Assembly: GCA_964633135.1 (NCBI GenBank)
Contig: CAZWFJ010000001.1
Coordinates: forward strand, 1 to 59,884
Source: an uncultured Puniceicoccaceae bacterium
GTDB taxonomy: Bacteria > Verrucomicrobiota > Verrucomicrobiia > Opitutales > Puniceicoccaceae
Length of the DNA stretch: 59,884 nt
Direction: 5' to 3'
Below, one piece after another: positions 47,109 through 56,447 of this stretch; the stretch's first letter is position 1; the number at the start of each line of letters is the position of its first letter. Under the pieces are notes generated by a model, which was not told the DNA's origin, made no database searches, and worked only from the letters and a program-made list of their open reading frames with translations. Both the position numbers and the translations under genes were made by a program.

Positions 47109-48239
47109 TCAGGCCGGGCCGAGGATCTGGGCGGCGGTCCTTTCCCACGAATGCTCCCGGGCGAAGTCCCGACCACTAGCCCCGAGTCGCTGCCGAAGGG
47201 GACGGTCCCGGATAAGCCGCTGCAAGCATTCCGAAATTCCGTCTATCGAACCTTCGTCGGCCAGGAGTCCAGTTTTACCGTCGAGAACCGCCTCGGGGAC
47301 TCCCCCTGTACGAGCGGCCACAATCGGCAACCCCATGGCGGATGCATCCAAATAGACGAGTCCAAACCCTTCGACACTCATCCGCGCCTGCCGACTCGTG
47401 AGCGCGAAAATGTCCGCCGATCGATACTCCTCTTCCAGCGAGAAGCCATTGAGCGATCCCGGCAATTCCACCGGAAACGCGCACTGCGCGGCCAGCCGGA
47501 GGATTTCTTCCCGATAACGAGAGCGCACGCTCGGGCCAACGATCCGATACCGAATCCGCTTTTGATCCGAAGTCGGGAGACGGCTGAATGCTTTGAGGGT
47601 GTCGAGTTGCCCTTTTCGTGGATGGATTCGCCCCACAGTAAGAATGACGATTGAATCCCCCTGCTCTTTTGCGGTCCCAGTAGAGGGTGGATGATTACCC
47701 ACTTGCCCCCAGGAGGGAGCGCCCGGAGCCACTATGATCGGAGTCTGAATGTCCGGAAGCCGCGCCTGCAGCAATTCACGATTGAATTGTGACAGAACGT
47801 GTACGCAGTGGCTGCGACGGATTAACCGCCGCAGCAGAAATCGCCGATGGGGGAAGACCGTGAACCGGAGAATTTCAGTGCCATGGAAAATGAGAATCGG
47901 ACGAAGCGGAAAAGAAACACCAAAAAAGGGAGCGTAGAGGGCGGCGCGGATCGCCCCCGGCTCCGCCAGCACAAAGCGCTCATCGGCACCCGGCCCCCTC
48001 CTTCGCAGGTGGTGAAGCAGCGAGATCCTGTCCATCCAATCCTGCTTCCCCCTGGTTCCGGTCCTCTCCACCACATAGGGCAGCAAGCTATCTCCAGGCA
48101 AAGCCTTGCCCGGCGCCAATACCCTGGTCTCCCTCCCGATTCCTGCAGATGCCGCCCAGGCCAGTGCAGACACAACCGTTGCCGCTCCGCCGATCTTGGG
48201 TCGGAACTCCTGGGTGATGAATGTGATTCGATGGGCCAC
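47109..48239 (-). CDS. GT4 family glycosyltransferase
   Basis: ILTVGRIHPRKG, EGFGLVYLDA, GGVPEAV.DG.TG. Confidence 0.92.
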   Translation of the reverse strand: MAHRITFITQEFRPKIGGAATVVSALAWAASAGIGRETRVLAPGKALPGDSLLPYVVERTGTRGKQDWMDRISLLHHLRRRGPGADERFVLAEPGAIRAALYAPFFGVSFPLRPILIFHGTEILRFTVFPHRRFLLRRLIRRSHCVHVLSQFNRELLQARLPDIQTPIIVAPGAPSWGQVGNHPPSTGTAKEQGDSIVILTVGRIHPRKGQLDTLKAFSRLPTSDQKRIRYRIVGPSVRSRYREEILRLAAQCAFPVELPGSLNGFSLEEEYRSADIFALTSRQARMSVEGFGLVYLDASAMGLPIVAARTGGVPEAVLDGKTGLLADEGSIDGISECLQRLIRDRPLRQRLGASGRDFAREHSWERTAAQILGPA

Positions 48240-48397
48240 GGGAAACTTCTCGGATACCGAAAACGGCGGCGTTTTGAAAGTGCCGATTCATCAATCGCCG
48301 CAACGGGGGTGCATAACAAACTTTTTCCAACAGGAATAAATGCCTTCATTTTGGGGATTAAAAATGGCTAGGAACTAGACATTTAGAGAATTTAGTC

Positions 48398-48616
48398 TCG
48401 CGCAGAGGCGCAGTGGCGCAGAGGTTTTAGTGGATGGATGAAAATACGATAGAAACAAACTCAGACCTACCTGAGCCTGTCCGGAAATAAGCTTGGATAT
48501 TTACTCAATTTTGGAGGCGAAGTGATGAAGGCGGGGATCACACGCTGCGTGAACGGTCTGCCAGAATAAGTCCAGATCACTTCTTGAAACCTCTGCGCCA
48601 CTGCGCCTCTGCGCGA
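48398..48616. repeat. Perfect 30-bp inverted repeats flanking a GxxExxY remnant
   Basis: TCGCGCAGAGGCGCAGTGGCGCAGAGGTTT at 48398-48427 and its exact reverse complement at 48587-48616. Confidence 0.92.
48434..48569 (+). pseudogene. Hollowed GxxExxY family gene
   Basis: MDENTI joined out of frame to KQTQTYLSLSGNKLGYLLNFGGEVMKAGITRCVNGL*. Confidence 0.8.
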
Positions 48617-48823
48617 CAATCACAGAGCATGTTTTCCCATCTGAGAAGGGGGCCGATGATATTCTCGTTATTGGAAACGGTTCTCGGTTGTCAGCCGATT
48701 TCGACAATACTGCAAGCACAACTATTTCTGCTAAGCAATTTTGGAAAAAATTTCTTATACACCCCCACAAAGGGCATATTTTGGGGTCGTCACCTTGGGC
48801 GAGAAGAGTGAGGATCTCCGGCT

Positions 48824-49219
48824 ATGCAGAAACAAAGCGGATTGGACCAATGGTTGTTGACGGGAACCGCCCTGCTGGGCCTCGGCGGGGTGATCGGCGG
48901 TGCGATCGCGGCCCACCCACCGGAAGGCTTCTTCGCCGGAGAGGAAACACGCAATGCTTGGAACTCGGCGTCACTCTTCCTCCTCTTTCATGTGCTGGCC
49001 ATTTTGGCGATCGCCGACCTCCGCAATCGGCGGCTGGCTCCTTTCCGTTCGTCTGTAATCTTTTTCCTGATCGGCATCCTGCTCTTCTCCGGCAGCATCT
49101 TCGCCCTGGCCGCAGGTGCCCCCAAATTTCTAGGACCAGTAACCCCAGTGGGCGGCCTTTTTCTGATCGGAGCATGGATTTCCCTGGCCCTCCAATTGAG
49201 GAAACGATCGGGCGAATGA
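48824..49219 (+). CDS. DUF423 (YgdD-like) membrane protein
   Basis: GAIAAH, GILLFSGSIF, LGPVTPVGG. Confidence 0.9.
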   Translation: MQKQSGLDQWLLTGTALLGLGGVIGGAIAAHPPEGFFAGEETRNAWNSASLFLLFHVLAILAIADLRNRRLAPFRSSVIFFLIGILLFSGSIFALAAGAPKFLGPVTPVGGLFLIGAWISLALQLRKRSGE

Positions 49220-49895
49220 CGATCACCATCCGATGATATCAACTGCTTGGTTGAGTTATTTTCGTTTGAAACCTTCTCGCCGATAGGTGATCGCAGATCG
49301 CCTCAAGGAAGCAACATATAGCCAATAAATTTTTAACCTGGTTTACCGAGCAGACCTTCTCCGGCGGCATCTTCGCCCTGACCGCAGGTGCCCCAAATTT
49401 CTCGGACCAGTAACCTCAGTGGGCGGACTGATCCTGATTGAAGTATGGATATCCCTGGCCTCCAATTGAGGAAACGACCGGGCGAATGACGATCATCATC
49501 CGATGATACCAACTGCTTTGTCGAGTAAATTTTGTTCGAAACCTTCTCGCCGATAGGTGTCGCAGATCGCCTCAAGGCAGCACCATATAGCCAATAAATT
49601 TTTTACCTGGTTTACTGAGCGGACCTTCTCCGGCAGTATCTTCGCCCTGACCGCAGGTGCCCCAAATTTCTCGGACCAGTAACCTCAGTGGGCGGACTGA
49701 TCCTGATTGAAGTATGGATATCCCTGGCCTCCAATTGAGGAAACGACCGGGCTAATGATGACACTCCCATTCGATGATTCCAGCTACTTTGGCGAATTAT
49801 TTGTGTTCGGAACCTTTTTGCCATGAGGTTATCAAGGATCGCATCAAGGCAGTTTAATGCAGTCAATAAATTTTTAACCCGGTTGCGGTAGCGAC
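49084..49895. repeat. Three tandem ~270-bp units comprising the DUF423 3' end and downstream DNA
   Basis: Units start at 49084, 49356, 49625. Confidence 0.93.
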
Positions 49896-50129
49896 CTATT
49901 GGAAAGTAACCGGGTTCAAAAGCATTGTATTTTGGAGGTTTTGCGGTTTTGGTTCACAGAGGAGAAGGGGTTGCGGCTCGTTTGCTCGTCTTGTGGGCGT
50001 GAATCAACGATTTGGTTGGCGCTATGGTGTCGGCGGCGGAGGTGTTTGTCGGTCCGTTCTGGACCGCAGGGCGAGAAACTCGCAACTATCCCCTTGATTT
50101 GGCAACGCGGGGCCTCATTATTATTGGTT

Positions 50130-50876
50130 ATGTCTGGACATAGTAAATGGGCGACGACCAAGCGCCACAAGGCCGCGATTGATGCGAAGCGGGGAAAAAT
50201 TTTCAGCGTTCTGAGTAAGGAGCTGACCCTGGCCGCGCGCGATGGGGGAGGGGATCCGGAGTTCAATCCGCGTCTTCGCACGAACATTGCGAAGGCCAAG
50301 GCTGCGAATATGCCTGCCGACAATATTGATCGGGCGATCAAGAAGGGCACGGGTGAGCTGGAGGGATCGGTTATTGAGGAGCTTACCTACGAGGGCTATG
50401 GTCCGGGCGGGGTGGGTCTTATCGTGGAGGTGACCACAGACAACAAGAACCGGAGTGCTTCGGAGGTGCGCAGCACGTTCACGAAGAACGGGGGGAACCT
50501 TGCGGGGGCCGGGGCGCTGGCCTACAACTTCCAGCGAAAGGGACAATTTCTGATTTCGGCGGAAGCGGTCGACGAAGAGCAGCTTATGGAGGTGGCGATT
50601 GAGGCGGGTGCCGAAGATGTCGTGAACAATGGCGACCACTTCGAGATTCTTTGCGAAATGACCGAGTTCGACAGAGTCGTCCAAGCCATGGAGAAAGCGG
50701 GGATCCCGACGGAATCGGCTGAACTGGCATATCTGCCGCAGACACCGGTTCCGGTAACCGATGCGGATGTAGCCCGTCAGGTGCTGCGGCTGATCGATAT
50801 GCTGGACGACTTGGAGGATGTGAAGAGCGTTTATTCGAATTTCGACATTGCCGACGATCTGCTTGGGGATCGGTAG
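50130..50876 (+). CDS. yebC: YebC/PmpR family protein
   Basis: MSGHSKW, NPRLR, YEGYGPGG, TDNKNRS, DDLEDV. Confidence 0.96.
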   Translation: MSGHSKWATTKRHKAAIDAKRGKIFSVLSKELTLAARDGGGDPEFNPRLRTNIAKAKAANMPADNIDRAIKKGTGELEGSVIEELTYEGYGPGGVGLIVEVTTDNKNRSASEVRSTFTKNGGNLAGAGALAYNFQRKGQFLISAEAVDEEQLMEVAIEAGAEDVVNNGDHFEILCEMTEFDRVVQAMEKAGIPTESAELAYLPQTPVPVTDADVARQVLRLIDMLDDLEDVKSVYSNFDIADDLLGDR

Positions 50877-50987
50877 GGAATGGGGCAACGGACGCGCAGG
50901 GGCGCACGGTTCGGGAGGAAAACAGAAATCGGCTGCGGGAAGCTTTCCCGCTTGTTTGCGGTGGCGATTGGTCTACGGTCTCGCGAA

Positions 50988-52355
50988 GTGAAAAGTTCCT
51001 TGGTCAGCCGGTGGTTCAGCCCGGATTTCCCCTTCCGTCCGGGGAAATCGCGGATCCACTATGGATGGATCATCGCGGTCATCGGGACGATAGGGATCAT
51101 TTGCAGCATCCCTGGGCAGACCATGGGAGTGAGCGTCTTTACCGATCGCCTGATCGACAACCTGGCGATTTCCCGGACGATGATGGGATTTGCTTATTTA
51201 TTGGGAACCATCTGCAGCGGCTTTCTGGTTTCCTGGATGGGTCGATGGCTGGACCGGCATGGTATTCGCAAGGGAGCGGTCGTCGCCGGATTCGGGATGG
51301 GGCTTGCCCTGGTGATCCTTTCGCAGGTCGACCGGATCGCCGGATTTCTTTATCCGGGGCAGATAACGGCGGTCGGGACCGGGGTAAAATTTGCGGCGGT
51401 GACGGGTGGATTCTTCCTCCTGCGTTTTTTCGGGCAGGGGCTGATGACCCTGGCGTCGCGAAATATGATCGCGAAGTGGTTTGATCTCTTTCGGGGGCGG
51501 GTGACTGCGGTGAGCGGGATTGTAGTGTCCTTTGCCTTTTCCGTAGCCCCGTGGGGCCTCGAAAGGTTGATCGACCAGGTTGGATGGCGGGGGACATGGT
51601 TATTGCTGGCTTTATTCTTCGGGCTGTTTTTTTTGCTCTTCGCGGCGGTTTTCTTTCGCGACAATCCGGAGGAGTGTGGCTTGGAAATGGACGCTGGCCA
51701 AAAGGCCCGACCCGGCGGACGGGTCAACGAGGACAACCGGGTCGTGCGGGATTTTACCAAGTCCGAGGCCATTCGCACGTACAGCTTTTGGGTGTACAAT
51801 ATTGCGATCGCCCTGCAGGGCTTCTTGATTACTGGCTACACCTTTCACCTAACCTCGGTTGCGGACGATTTCGGCATCGCACATTCGGTGGTTTTGGGTG
51901 CCTTTTTGCCTGCCGCTGCGATTGGGGTTTTTGTCAGCATTGGAGTCGGGTGGTTGATTGACTGGACACGAATGAAGCATGCGCTGACGGTCTTTTGCGC
52001 CGGCATGGTTTTGTTTCCGCTGGGACTGTTGACCGCTCCTGATTTTTCGGGAATCGCGGTAATGGTATTGGGGCTGGGCATCGCTGGCGGTTCCTTTGCC
52101 CCGATCATGGGTACGGTCTGGGCACGTTTTTTCGGGAGAAGGGAACTTGGGGGAATCAGCGGGTTCAACATGTCCTCCATCGTGATTGCCAGTGCTTTTG
52201 GCCCCATTGTTTTCAGCCTCAGCTACGATTATCTGGGCGGCTACCGTCCGGCGGTTTACCTGAGTTTGTTCTCTGCGGTTGCGTTGATGATGGCCGGTCG
52301 TTTTGCTGAGAATCCCCAACGGAAACTGCAGCATGAATCTGAGCGCAATGTCTGA
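50988..52355 (+). CDS. MFS transporter (start uncertain)
   Basis: About 12 TM segments, PGQTMGVSVF, GRWLDRHG, FFGRRELG. Confidence 0.88.
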   Translation: MKSSLVSRWFSPDFPFRPGKSRIHYGWIIAVIGTIGIICSIPGQTMGVSVFTDRLIDNLAISRTMMGFAYLLGTICSGFLVSWMGRWLDRHGIRKGAVVAGFGMGLALVILSQVDRIAGFLYPGQITAVGTGVKFAAVTGGFFLLRFFGQGLMTLASRNMIAKWFDLFRGRVTAVSGIVVSFAFSVAPWGLERLIDQVGWRGTWLLLALFFGLFFLLFAAVFFRDNPEECGLEMDAGQKARPGGRVNEDNRVVRDFTKSEAIRTYSFWVYNIAIALQGFLITGYTFHLTSVADDFGIAHSVVLGAFLPAAAIGVFVSIGVGWLIDWTRMKHALTVFCAGMVLFPLGLLTAPDFSGIAVMVLGLGIAGGSFAPIMGTVWARFFGRRELGGISGFNMSSIVIASAFGPIVFSLSYDYLGGYRPAVYLSLFSAVALMMAGRFAENPQRKLQHESERNV

Positions 52356-53346
52356 CGCGAGAGGCAGCGAATGGCCGGAATCCCTGCGGAGTGCTCTGGC
52401 GGAGAAGGGGAGAATACCCTTCGATGAGTTCTGCCGAATAGCCCTCTATGACCCAGCGGATGGCTATTACATGCGAAAACAAACCAGGGTGGGGGCAACG
52501 CGCGAAGCGGATTTCCAGACGAATCTCTCGGTGCGCAGCGTTTTCGCTCCCCTTGTGGTAGAGGCGGTGGAAGCCCTTCTCAAGGGCCGGGATCTTGCGG
52601 ATTATTCCTTTGTCGAAATCGGTGCTGAGCCGGAAACTTCCCTGCTGCAAGGGGAGTCGCATCCGTTTGGCTCCGTGCAGGTGATTCGAGTGGGGGAACC
52701 CATCCCTGCCCTGCGACGTCCGACCATCCTTTTCGCCAACGAATGGCTCGACGCCCAGCCGTTCGTGCGCCTGATCTTTCAGGACGGACGGTGGAACGAG
52801 GCTTTCGTTGAAGCGGGCAGCAACGGGAACTTGCGGGAGGTGATGGGAGACCCCGCAAGCGAGGGAGCGGACCTCATCCTGCCCGAACTACCGCAGATTG
52901 CCCCGGAGGGCTACCGTCTGGATCTCTCTGTCGAGGCGGAGTCATTGCTGGAAGGCTATCTGAGTGGGGATTGGCCGGGAGCTTTTCTGACTTTCGATTA
53001 CGGGACATCCTGGGAGGCGCTACTGCAAAGCCTTCCCGGTGGCACCGCGAGAGCCTATTATAGGCATCAGCAAGTCGGCGACCTTCTGGTCCGCCCCGGA
53101 GGGCAGGATCTCACCTGCAACGTCTGCTGGGACCGCCTGGCTGGGGTATTGAAGCGCAGTGGCTTCTCCGTGAGTGGCCCCAGTCGGCAGGAAGCGTTCT
53201 TCCTGCAACACTCGTCCCAAGCGATTCGACGGATCGTCGAGGGAGGTGAATCCCCCGAAGCCTGTGCCCGACGCGCCCGCGCGATGCAGCTTCTGAACCC
53301 AGTTCATTTTGGTGCGGCCTTTCAAGCCCTTTGGGGAATCCGTTGA
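52333..53346 (+). CDS. SAM-dependent methyltransferase, MidA/NDUFAF7 family
   Basis: ALYDP..GYY, VEIGA, ANEWLDAQP, FDYG, QDLT. Confidence 0.88.
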   Translation: MNLSAMSDARGSEWPESLRSALAEKGRIPFDEFCRIALYDPADGYYMRKQTRVGATREADFQTNLSVRSVFAPLVVEAVEALLKGRDLADYSFVEIGAEPETSLLQGESHPFGSVQVIRVGEPIPALRRPTILFANEWLDAQPFVRLIFQDGRWNEAFVEAGSNGNLREVMGDPASEGADLILPELPQIAPEGYRLDLSVEAESLLEGYLSGDWPGAFLTFDYGTSWEALLQSLPGGTARAYYRHQQVGDLLVRPGGQDLTCNVCWDRLAGVLKRSGFSVSGPSRQEAFFLQHSSQAIRRIVEGGESPEACARRARAMQLLNPVHFGAAFQALWGIR

Positions 53347-53378
53347 CAGGGCGCAGGGCTTCGGAAAGCATCCTCCCC

Positions 53379-53846
53379 ATGAAGAGCATCAGGGAAAGAC
53401 TCGGGCTGGAGGCCCATCCGGAAGGCGGTGCCTTTCGGGAGTTAATGAAATCTACGCGGGAGGTCGATGCCTGTGATGGTCGCGGAAACCGCGCGGCATT
53501 AACTCACATCTATTTCCACTTGGCCAAAGGCGAGGTCAGCCGATTTCATCGGGTCCTCAGCGACGAAATCTGGCACCTTTACGAGGGAGAGGGGATGAAT
53601 CTCTTCCAGTGGAAGGAGGGCGATGACCAAGTTGAGAAAATCACCCTCGGAGCCGGGGACACCTCTCATTGTCACTTGATCCCCGCCGGGTTCTGGCAAG
53701 CGGCCGAGCCGCTCGGCGAAGCGACCCTCGTCGGCTGCACCGTCGCCCCGGGATTCGAGTTTACGGATTTTTCCCTGATCGAAAGCGACAGTCCGCAGGC
53801 CGCAGCCATCCGCTCCATCGATCCAGGTCTGGCGAGGTTTCTTTGA
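53379..53846 (+). CDS. Cupin_5 (DUF985) protein
   Basis: HPEGGAFRE, SRFHRV.SDEIWH, GCTVAPGFEF. Confidence 0.92.
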   Translation: MKSIRERLGLEAHPEGGAFRELMKSTREVDACDGRGNRAALTHIYFHLAKGEVSRFHRVLSDEIWHLYEGEGMNLFQWKEGDDQVEKITLGAGDTSHCHLIPAGFWQAAEPLGEATLVGCTVAPGFEFTDFSLIESDSPQAAAIRSIDPGLARFL

Positions 53847-53983
53847 GGGGCAACCCCTAGCTTCAGCGCCTCACTAAACCGGGTCATATTGGCAAAAACC
53901 CGGCGCAAGCAGAAATCCCTCAAGATCGGCTGAAAATCTTGGCCGCAAGTATCTTGTAGCAAAATCAATTTCGTATCAAAGCG

Positions 53984-54093
53984 TAGTCGGGTGGCCTTGG
54001 CCCCCGGCCCCCAAAGCGATGATTGAGCCGAAAGGGATCGGACGGCAACCGACTTCGCCAAGGCTACGAAGGTCCAGAGCCAGTCCGACTACG
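53984..54093. repeat. Inverted GTAG-type REP pair, right arm carrying a ~30-nt insert
   Basis: CGTAGTCGG ... CCGACTACG; insert 54049-54078. Confidence 0.6.
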
Positions 54094-54147
54094 AAAGAAA
54101 AACTGTTACAAGCTACTAGGCCTACCCTGGGAATTTCGATTTGCTCC

Positions 54148-54552
54148 TCAGAGGGCCTGAAACCACTCTTGGGATTTCTCTCCGAGAAGGGGTGCCGGTT
54201 TTTGTGTGCCCTGGACCGCGCCGATCAGGCCGATGATCCATAGCACGAAGGCGAACAGGTATCCTACCAGACCGATGATCCAGCCTAGAATGGGGATGAT
54301 CATGATGAAGCCGGAAACCAGAAAAAGCAGCATGATCCCAAGGGACTGGCGGAGGTGAAAAGAGCCATAGGAACTTTTCGGATTGTTCATGATCAGGGCG
54401 ACGATCCAGCCAATCAGCGTCAGATAAGCAACAATGCCGACAATCTTCGGGTCGTATCCATTGGAGGGCTGTGTGGAAGGTGCGCTCGCTGGCGGAGTAT
54501 TTCCTGTATTGGGGGAAGATTCGGGGGCGGAGGAAGTGTTCTCAGTACTCAT
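54148..54552 (-). CDS. DUF4870-like membrane protein
   Basis: IVAYLTLIGWIVAL, FHLRQSLG, IPILGW. Confidence 0.8.
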   Translation of the reverse strand: MSTENTSSAPESSPNTGNTPPASAPSTQPSNGYDPKIVGIVAYLTLIGWIVALIMNNPKSSYGSFHLRQSLGIMLLFLVSGFIMIIPILGWIIGLVGYLFAFVLWIIGLIGAVQGTQKPAPLLGEKSQEWFQAL

Positions 54553-54913
54553 GCCTTGCTTCTACCAGAAAGCTCCGGCCTGGCGAAAGAAAAAATTGCA
54601 TCCTCCCGGTCGATTCCGGTTGACCTTGGGGGAAAACTGCGCCTTGCTCCATCCAATACTCAATCGCCAGACCCTTCGGAGGTGGTTGATCTCCTTTCAA
54701 CAGACAGCAAACCAGACACCAGCCCAATTCCTGGAGCCTCTCATCGCTCCCCTCTCATTCTATCATTTTTTTACCCTTTCGCCGCAGTTTTGGTTTGCTG
54801 GGTTTTTCGATTCTCCAAGCCATTTCGTCGACGGATTCAGCATGGTGGCCTGGAAAGCGCCGTTTCCAGTCCACCTTTTCTCAAACCGGCGCATCACACA
54901 GACAAGGAACACA

Positions 54914-55264
54914 GTGGACATCTACGTGGGAAATCTTCCCTACAACATCGACGGAACGGAGCTCGAACAGCTCTTTGGTGAATATGGTGCCGTGGAACGG
55001 GTTTACCTGATCACGGACCGCGAAACCGGACGCCCGCGCGGCTTCGGTTTCGTCACCATGAACAATCACGACGAAGCCCATGCGGCGATCGAAGCGCTCA
55101 ACGGTCACGAAGTTGACGGTCGCGCGCTCAAGATCAACGAAGCCCGGCCCCGCGAGGAGCGTGCTCCCGGCGGCGGCGGTGGAGGCGGTGGCGGCGGTCA
55201 TCGTAGCGGTGGTCATCGTGGAGGCCAAGGCGGCGGAGGCGGAGGCTTCCGCGGCCGCCGATAG
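54914..55264 (+). CDS. RRM RNA-binding protein with Gly-rich tail
   Basis: IYVGNL (RNP2), RGFGFV (RNP1), NEARPRE, poly-Gly. Confidence 0.93.
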   Translation: MDIYVGNLPYNIDGTELEQLFGEYGAVERVYLITDRETGRPRGFGFVTMNNHDEAHAAIEALNGHEVDGRALKINEARPREERAPGGGGGGGGGGHRSGGHRGGQGGGGGGFRGRR

Positions 55265-55303
55265 GCTCTGCAGAGGAAATCTTCTTTTCTTCGCACAACA
55301 TAC

Positions 55304-55332
55304 AAAAAGCCCGCTTCGGCGGGCTTTTTTTT
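55304..55332. terminator. Bidirectional intrinsic terminator
   Basis: AAAAAGCCCGC-TTCG-GCGGGCTTTTTTTT between convergent RRM gene and tRNA. Confidence 0.9.
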
Positions 55333-55398
55333 GGGCAAAGACTCGCAGCCTCGAGGGGTAAAAAAGCCCCGTTTGCGGTTTCCGCCCGAGATACTTTT

Positions 55399-55474
55399 TG
55401 GTGGAGCCGAACGGGATCGAACCGTCGACCTCGTCATTGCGAACGACGCGCTCTTCCAACTGAGCTACGGCCCC
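55399..55474 (-). tRNA. tRNA-Ala(CGC)
   Basis: GGGGCCGTAGCTCAGTTGG...TTCGCAA...GGTTCGATCCC...CCA; G3-U70 pair; 76 nt. Confidence 0.97.
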
Positions 55475-55760
55475 CCGAAATTTAAGGATGAAACAGAGAT
55501 AGGCGTTTGGCGGGCCAGTCTCAAGCAAAATTGAACCGGATTATTCGGATTCTGAGGCATATTCATTTCTCCGAGGAGCCTCTATACCTGGCCAGGTCAT
55601 AGATTCGCCACTCCTCCCAAGCCGCGAGCAACTGATATTGGTTGCGCTGGCCCAAGCATTCCAGAATAGCGTCCCGGTAGTGCGTGGACGGGATCAGACT
55701 CATGAGATAAAGATTTCCACCATGAGTTCTCTCCTCGATCCAGTTGGTGAACAATACTCC

Positions 55761-56447
55761 CTAGTCCCGGGAGAGCTTGCCGTCGTGCAAAGACCAGGCT
55801 TCCTGGCAGGCTTTGGCAAAGCGGGGGCTATGGGTGACGAGGACTAGGGCGACGCCCAGTTCGGAAACCAGATCGAGAAGGAGTTCCATCGTTGTCTCGG
55901 CGGTTTTCTCATCCAGATTTCCGGTCGGCTCATCGGCGAGGAGGATTGGCGGTTGGTTGAGAATGGCGCGTGCTACGGCGACCCGCTGACGCTCTCCTCC
56001 GGACATTTTTGCGGGCAGTTGGCGTTCCCTGGCCGCCAGTCCCACCCGATCGAGAAGGAAGCGTGCTCGCTCGCGCGTCTGTGCTCCTACCCTTCCGGCG
56101 ATTCTTGCCGCCAGCAAAACGTTCTCCAATGCGGTCATTTCCCCGACCAGGTGATAGGATTGAAAGACCAAGCCGAGTCGGAGTGCCCGCTCAGCCGCAA
56201 GTTTCCTCGGACTCCATTTCCCGATAGCATCCCCGCCCCAGCAGATTTCACCGGAGTCAACGGATTCGAGTCCGGCGAAGAGGTGAAGCAGCGTCGATTT
56301 TCCTGAGCCGGATTCCCCGCGAATGCTCGCGGAAACGCCGCGCTGGATGGAAAAGTCGAGTCCCCGGAGCACCTCGAGCTTCCCACTGGGGAGCCGGAAA
56401 GACTTACTAACCCCCCTGGCCGTTAGCACCGAAGAAGAATCACTCAC
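55761..56447 (-). CDS. lolD: Lipoprotein-releasing ABC transporter ATPase
   Basis: GESGSGKST, MSGGERQR, ADEPTGNLD. Confidence 0.88.
   Translation of the reverse strand: MSDSSSVLTARGVSKSFRLPSGKLEVLRGLDFSIQRGVSASIRGESGSGKSTLLHLFAGLESVDSGEICWGGDAIGKWSPRKLAAERALRLGLVFQSYHLVGEMTALENVLLAARIAGRVGAQTRERARFLLDRVGLAARERQLPAKMSGGERQRVAVARAILNQPPILLADEPTGNLDEKTAETTMELLLDLVSELGVALVLVTHSPRFAKACQEAWSLHDGKLSRD

Noticed and set aside
49084..49895. Diversity-generating retroelement TR/VR pair
   Set aside because: Differences involve all four bases plus indels, not adenine-specific; no reverse transcriptase in the window
55170..55250. GGC-rich low-complexity tract
   Set aside because: Ordinary Gly-rich tail of the RRM protein
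55399..55474. tRNA as integration site of the accessory region
   Set aside because: No duplicated tRNA 3' end or integrase seen in the window; flanks are core genes
55563..55754. 63-aa ORF between lolD and tRNA
   Set aside because: Could be a gene remnant but no recognisable motif
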